Positions 60,053 through 64,000 of a stretch of 64,000 nt of DNA are shown here, in pieces. How positions within the stretch are numbered: position 1 is the stretch's first letter; each line of letters starts with the position of its first letter. Origin of the DNA: Myxococcota bacterium (GTDB lineage Bacteria; Planctomycetota; UBA1135); contig JBLINB010000001.1 of NCBI GenBank assembly GCA_047638975.1, forward strand, positions 50,981-114,980. Reading direction: 5' to 3'. The translations under genes and the position numbers were made by a program. The notes beneath the pieces are model-generated. The model saw nothing but the letters and a program-made list of their open reading frames with translations, was not told where the DNA came from and searched no databases.

Positions 60053-60664
60053 TTGCCGTATAGTAATAAAATGAGAACAACACTGACCCTGCTACTCGTT
60101 TTTTGCTGCCAGTCTTTATTTGCGCAAAGCGAAACAAATTCTTCTGTCGATGACCTTCGTCTTGCTGAATTACGCATGACAACATTAAGTCATTCGCAAC
60201 GCCTAGAGACGCTCGAGGCGAGAGACACTCTTGCTCGCGCAGAACACGAATTGAATTTGTTCAATAGTTTTGGCAGAGAAGAAACAGAAAAGTCTTTGCG
60301 CCTAGACCTATTGCGTGAACAAGACTCACTTGATGACGCCACTCAAGAACTCGAGCAACTAAAAATTATGTATGAGCGCAATAACATTGCTGAAGTAACA
60401 GCTCAAATGGTGCTCGATCGCGCAGAACGAAGCTTATTGCGCCAACAAATATCTGTAGCATTAGCTCAAGCTGAAATCACTAAATGGACGCAACTAAGTA
60501 TGGCGCGTGCTCATGCCGACTTCGATTACGCCGTTACTTACGCGAAGTTGAACCTCAACCACCTGGCGGCAGAGCATACTAGCTCGCGCGCTGAACTCAG
60601 CGCTGAGATTAGCCACCTTAAGCTAGCTATTGCCGAGTTGCGCACGAACTCAGAAGATGAATAG
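60053..60664 (+). CDS. Coiled-coil lipoprotein, function unknown
   Basis: Signal LLLVFCCQSLFAQ, then heptad-like helices. Confidence 0.4.
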   Translation: MPYSNKMRTTLTLLLVFCCQSLFAQSETNSSVDDLRLAELRMTTLSHSQRLETLEARDTLARAEHELNLFNSFGREETEKSLRLDLLREQDSLDDATQELEQLKIMYERNNIAEVTAQMVLDRAERSLLRQQISVALAQAEITKWTQLSMARAHADFDYAVTYAKLNLNHLAAEHTSSRAELSAEISHLKLAIAELRTNSEDE

Positions 60665-61799
60665 TCTTATCGCTATTGGTATTTTGTGTTGCAGCTCTCA
60701 AGGCTCGCAACTCGAAACCGCTGAATTGTCATGCGACGCCGCTATTGAACGCGGCAATGCATTCCTGTTTAGCCGCCAAAAAGAAAACGGTGGACTTAGT
60801 TTAAACGATGATCCGGCATTGCATGATGTATGGGCTAATGTCGAGGCAAATCGTTCATGGCATATCGCAACGACGTCCATTGCTGCTATGGCTTGGATGG
60901 CGCAACCGCAAGATGAAGTTCGTGATGCGAGAATTGCGCGGGCTATTGATTATCTATGCAAGAGTCCTTTAGTGAAGCGCCCAGATGATTGGGATACCGA
61001 CAACACTTGGGCATACGTTTATTCCTTGTGCGCGCTCACTCGCGCCGCAGACAATGCTTACATGATCACGACCAAGCGCGTCGAGATGATTAAGCAACGT
61101 GCGCAACTAATCATGCAACAGCTGTATGAATATCAGTCACCAATGGGAGGCTGGGCATACTACGCCTTAGAAACGAAAGCGGTCACACCTAATTGGGCGA
61201 CGTCCTTTCAAACGGCGGTGGCGGTGATTGGCTTACTCGAAGCAAAAAAGTTGGGATGGAGCGTTGACGAGCACCGTTTACAAGTGGCGATTGACACTTT
61301 AATTCATTGTCGCACGCCAGACGGCTCTTACACTTACAGCGTCGATATTATTCCGCGCGTTGACGTGGGCACGGGCATCAATAATGTCAAAGGCGGCTTG
61401 TCGCGCATACAGTCGTGTAATTACGCACTGTATCTTGCGAAGCAAATGGGATACGAATCGCCGATTGATCAAGAACAAATTGTCATTGGCCTGCAACAAC
61501 TGTTCGCTAATCACCACTACTTAGATATTGCTCGCGGACGACCAACGCCGCACGAAGCCTATCATTACAACTCGGGTTATTTTTACTTCTTCGGCCACTA
61601 CTACGCGGGGCTGTTGCTCGAAATATTACCGGCTGAAAAAGCTCAACCATTCTTTAGTGATTACGTCAATAGCGTAGTAAAAACTCAGCACGGCGACGGC
61701 TCGATGCTTGATTATTTCATGGATGCGAGAGGCAAAGAGTATGGCGCGGCATTCGGCGTTGCTGGCTTATCTCACGCTCGCAACAACACAAAACGCTAA
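60657..61799 (+). CDS. Prenyltransferase/squalene-oxidase-repeat (alpha/alpha-toroid) protein
   Basis: Repeated QxxxGG(W/L/S) units (QKENGGL, QSPMGGWAYY, RTPDGSY, QHGDGSM) spaced about 45 to 50 aa apart. Confidence 0.55.
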   Translation: MNSLIAIGILCCSSQGSQLETAELSCDAAIERGNAFLFSRQKENGGLSLNDDPALHDVWANVEANRSWHIATTSIAAMAWMAQPQDEVRDARIARAIDYLCKSPLVKRPDDWDTDNTWAYVYSLCALTRAADNAYMITTKRVEMIKQRAQLIMQQLYEYQSPMGGWAYYALETKAVTPNWATSFQTAVAVIGLLEAKKLGWSVDEHRLQVAIDTLIHCRTPDGSYTYSVDIIPRVDVGTGINNVKGGLSRIQSCNYALYLAKQMGYESPIDQEQIVIGLQQLFANHHYLDIARGRPTPHEAYHYNSGYFYFFGHYYAGLLLEILPAEKAQPFFSDYVNSVVKTQHGDGSMLDYFMDARGKEYGAAFGVAGLSHARNNTKR

Positions 61800-61819
61800 A
61801 TAGAGTGTAGAATGGAAGT

Positions 61820-63139
61820 ATGATCCTCTCCTCAGTCATACTTTCATGCTTCGCATTGTCGGCGCAAAACGGCACTACCGAAATTTCGCGCACCGACAAC
61901 TACTCGTACTACAACGAGGTTTGGGGATACACGGCAGCCAACGGCGACGAATACGCCATTATCGGCACCGATTCAGGCACGGTGTTCTACGATGTGACTG
62001 TGCCGTCCGCACCTAGTTTCGTAAAGTTCATTAATGGCCCGAACTCAACTTGGCGAGACATGAAAACTTTTGGCGACTACTGCTATATCGTGACTGAAGG
62101 AGGAGGAGGCATGCAGATTGTTGACTTGAGTAACCCTAGCAATCCTACTTTGCTTAGCACTTGGGGGTCGAACCTCTTTACCCATGCGCATAACGTAGCA
62201 ATAGACGCAGCTGCTTCGAGAGCGTATATCCTCGATGCAGACACCGGCACGATTGCTGTAGATATTAGTAACCCAACTGCCCCGCAATATCTCGCGACCT
62301 ATTCAGGGCCCCACGTGCACGACGGACACATTCAAAACGGCAAGGCGCATTTCGCCGAAATCTATGATGGCAATTACCGTATTGTAGATGTTAGTAATTT
62401 ACCGAACTTCACTACCGTTGACGTAGTGGGCACGCCGGGAGCATTCACGCATAACGTATGGGTGAATGCCAGCGACACCATTGCAGTGACTACCGATGAA
62501 AGTGATCGCGGTGGCTTGACTTTTTACGACATCAGCAACCCTGCGAATATTCAGTTTTTATCTCGCTACGACAACAGTAATGCGCGCGTGCATAATGCTT
62601 TTATAAAAGGCGACAAAGTTTATGCGTCGTGGTATTCCTTCGGCTTTGCGTGCATCGATTTCAGCGACCCGCTATACCCGCAGCAAGTGGCTAGTTTCGA
62701 TACCAACACTCAAACAGGGTTTAACTATGACGGCGCCTGGGGTGTTTACCCATACGCGCAATCGGGTTTGATATACTTGTCTGATCAAGACAACGGCTTG
62801 ATTATCATCGAGATGCACGACGCCGACATTTCGCTGGATGGCCCGAGCGCCGTGAGCGCTGGCGGATCTGCCACTTTAACTTTTAGCAACGCTACCCCAA
62901 ATGTACCGTGGTACTTGTTAGTAGATTTCTCAAATGCCGGTTACACCCGAAATGGCACGACTATTGAGCTAAGTTCAAATTTCAATATCTTCGCCCAAGG
63001 CACGACTAATGCGGCTGGCGGTGGCAGTAAATCCACAAATGTTCCACCTACTGCAAGCGGACTGACTGCTTATTTCGAAGTGGTTACTGTGGGCGCGCAA
63101 GTCGAGTCTTCTAATTTGCTTAGGGTGTCGGTTTTATAA
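61820..63139 (+). CDS. Secreted LVIVD-repeat beta-propeller protein
   Basis: Signal peptide. Repeated blocks resembling LVIVD repeats (GDYCYIVTEGGGGMQIVDLSNPSNPTLL, AYILDADTGTIAVDISNPTAP, NYRIVDVSNLPN, GLTFYDISNPANI). Confidence 0.55.
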   Translation: MILSSVILSCFALSAQNGTTEISRTDNYSYYNEVWGYTAANGDEYAIIGTDSGTVFYDVTVPSAPSFVKFINGPNSTWRDMKTFGDYCYIVTEGGGGMQIVDLSNPSNPTLLSTWGSNLFTHAHNVAIDAAASRAYILDADTGTIAVDISNPTAPQYLATYSGPHVHDGHIQNGKAHFAEIYDGNYRIVDVSNLPNFTTVDVVGTPGAFTHNVWVNASDTIAVTTDESDRGGLTFYDISNPANIQFLSRYDNSNARVHNAFIKGDKVYASWYSFGFACIDFSDPLYPQQVASFDTNTQTGFNYDGAWGVYPYAQSGLIYLSDQDNGLIIIEMHDADISLDGPSAVSAGGSATLTFSNATPNVPWYLLVDFSNAGYTRNGTTIELSSNFNIFAQGTTNAAGGGSKSTNVPPTASGLTAYFEVVTVGAQVESSNLLRVSVL

Positions 63140-63168
63140 TTTGGCTGCCCTTACTGCCTGAGAAGATA

Positions 63169-63423
63169 CTAATTAGACCAGCGTTTTAACTTTGGTATAC
63201 CGCGTGTGAAAACCCAAGCTAAGGGCTTAGGGATTCCGAACTCTTGGAGTTTTACGATGCAGAAGTCTTGCATATCTTTTGCGCTAAACTCTGGTTGGGT
63301 AAAAGCACCTTCGACATAGCAGAAACTGCAGTAATCAAGACTGATGCTGCCATCAGCATGAGTCCCGCCACCTTTAAGGTCTTTCTTTAACGGCATGGCA
63401 CAGCTTTGACAGGTTTTATTCAT
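63169..63423 (-). CDS. Zinc-ribbon domain protein
   Basis: CQSC...CSFC gives two CxxC pairs in an 84-aa protein. Confidence 0.45.
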   Translation of the reverse strand: MNKTCQSCAMPLKKDLKGGGTHADGSISLDYCSFCYVEGAFTQPEFSAKDMQDFCIVKLQEFGIPKPLAWVFTRGIPKLKRWSN

Positions 63424-64000
63424 GATCCTTACTCGACAACGAGTGGGCAGATTGTTCTAGCGTTTCGAACACTAAGTGTTCGGCGTGCTGCTCTTTAACG
63501 ATCGACAACGCTTCAATGACGCGACCAATATACGTCGCGGCTGTTTCTTGATGAAAGCCGATGTGTACATATAAATCATGGCCATCCAGTTTATTGACGG
63601 CATCTGCAATGTGGCCTGCCATTTGTTCGGCACTCACATAATCAGCCAGCGCACCCGTGTCAGGGATTTCGAGGACGTCGCCGGCGGGCGTAGAAATATA
63701 AAACGGCTGAGTGTCGGCGGTGACGTCTGGCCAAATATCACGAATCATTTGCGGCAGCGCATATTGCGCAATTTTCGTATGCCACTTTGTATCGGTAGCG
63801 GATGAGTCGACTACAAAACCTTCACGACGAATAGCCTCAAGTACTCGTGGGCCTGCAAGCCATGCACCGGCGCGAAAGGAGTTACTTAAAGCAAAACCGT
63901 TGGCGTCCAAAACTGCTTTGGAATGGGCGACTAGTTTTTGAAATTCGTCTACCGTGTATGCTTCGACGGATACGTCGTGTCCTGGGTCTGGCCCGCTCTT
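63416..64000 (-). CDS. Hypothetical protein, possibly polysaccharide-deacetylase-like. The N-terminus extends beyond the window end.
   Basis: The reading frame stays open from 63910 to 64000 on the minus strand. The listed TTG start is internal. The family call is weak. Confidence 0.3.
   Translation of the reverse strand, partial: KSGPDPGHDVSVEAYTVDEFQKLVAHSKAVLDANGFALSNSFRAGAWLAGPRVLEAIRREGFVVDSSATDTKWHTKIAQYALPQMIRDIWPDVTADTQPFYISTPAGDVLEIPDTGALADYVSAEQMAGHIADAVNKLDGHDLYVHIGFHQETAATYIGRVIEALSIVKEQHAEHLVFETLEQSAHSLSSKDHE

Overview
This is a bacterial chromosomal window with about 50% GC and very dense coding. **Left third (1 to 22 kb):** core housekeeping. This holds a lipoprotein-kdsB-pyrG-DUF1844-metG operon, HU, a lysine-rich H1-like protein, rpmB, a glycine riboswitch in front of gcvT-gcvH-gcvPA-gcvPB plus a lipoate-protein ligase, thyA-folA, a cysteine-free C-type-lectin secreted protein, tRNA-Gln(UUG), cinA-tatC, coaE-rho-GT4 and trxB. 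**Middle (22 to 40 kb):** a block rich in secreted peptidases (M32, a DUF2961-like protein, M16, M1). It is followed by a tightly packed minus-strand operon recG / HEAT-repeat protein / SLT / two ferredoxins / elbB / M1 aminopeptidase. **Right third (40 to 64 kb):** looks accessory. Single genes alternate strand. There is a His-rich small protein followed by an HME-RND metal efflux operon (MFP-RND-OMF), LTxxQ-like secreted repeat proteins, an alpha/beta hydrolase, SPFH plus RHH, trhO, and a cluster of secreted prenyltransferase-repeat and LVIVD-propeller proteins. I found no CRISPR array, transposase, phage gene, restriction-modification gene or recognisable defence ATPase/nuclease. **Most notable observations:**
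- Two independent, diverged segmental duplications have left pseudogene fragments. One covers the recG 5' end plus its upstream region. The other covers the ddl-like 3' end plus repeat protein, with a hydrolase 5' fragment forming a junction. The second pair of repeats brackets the metal-efflux operon.
- Genes almost never carry a Shine-Dalgarno sequence, and a -10-like hexamer sits 4 to 7 nt before the start codon at many genes, which suggests leaderless mRNAs.
- Coding tandem repeats occur with 15-nt, 18-nt and 249-nt periods.

The lineage cannot be assigned. The SD-poor starts, Tat-signal Gfo/Idh/MocA oxidoreductase, HEAT, prenyltransferase-repeat and LVIVD proteins are compatible with a PVC-like or other non-model phylum. 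That is inference only.
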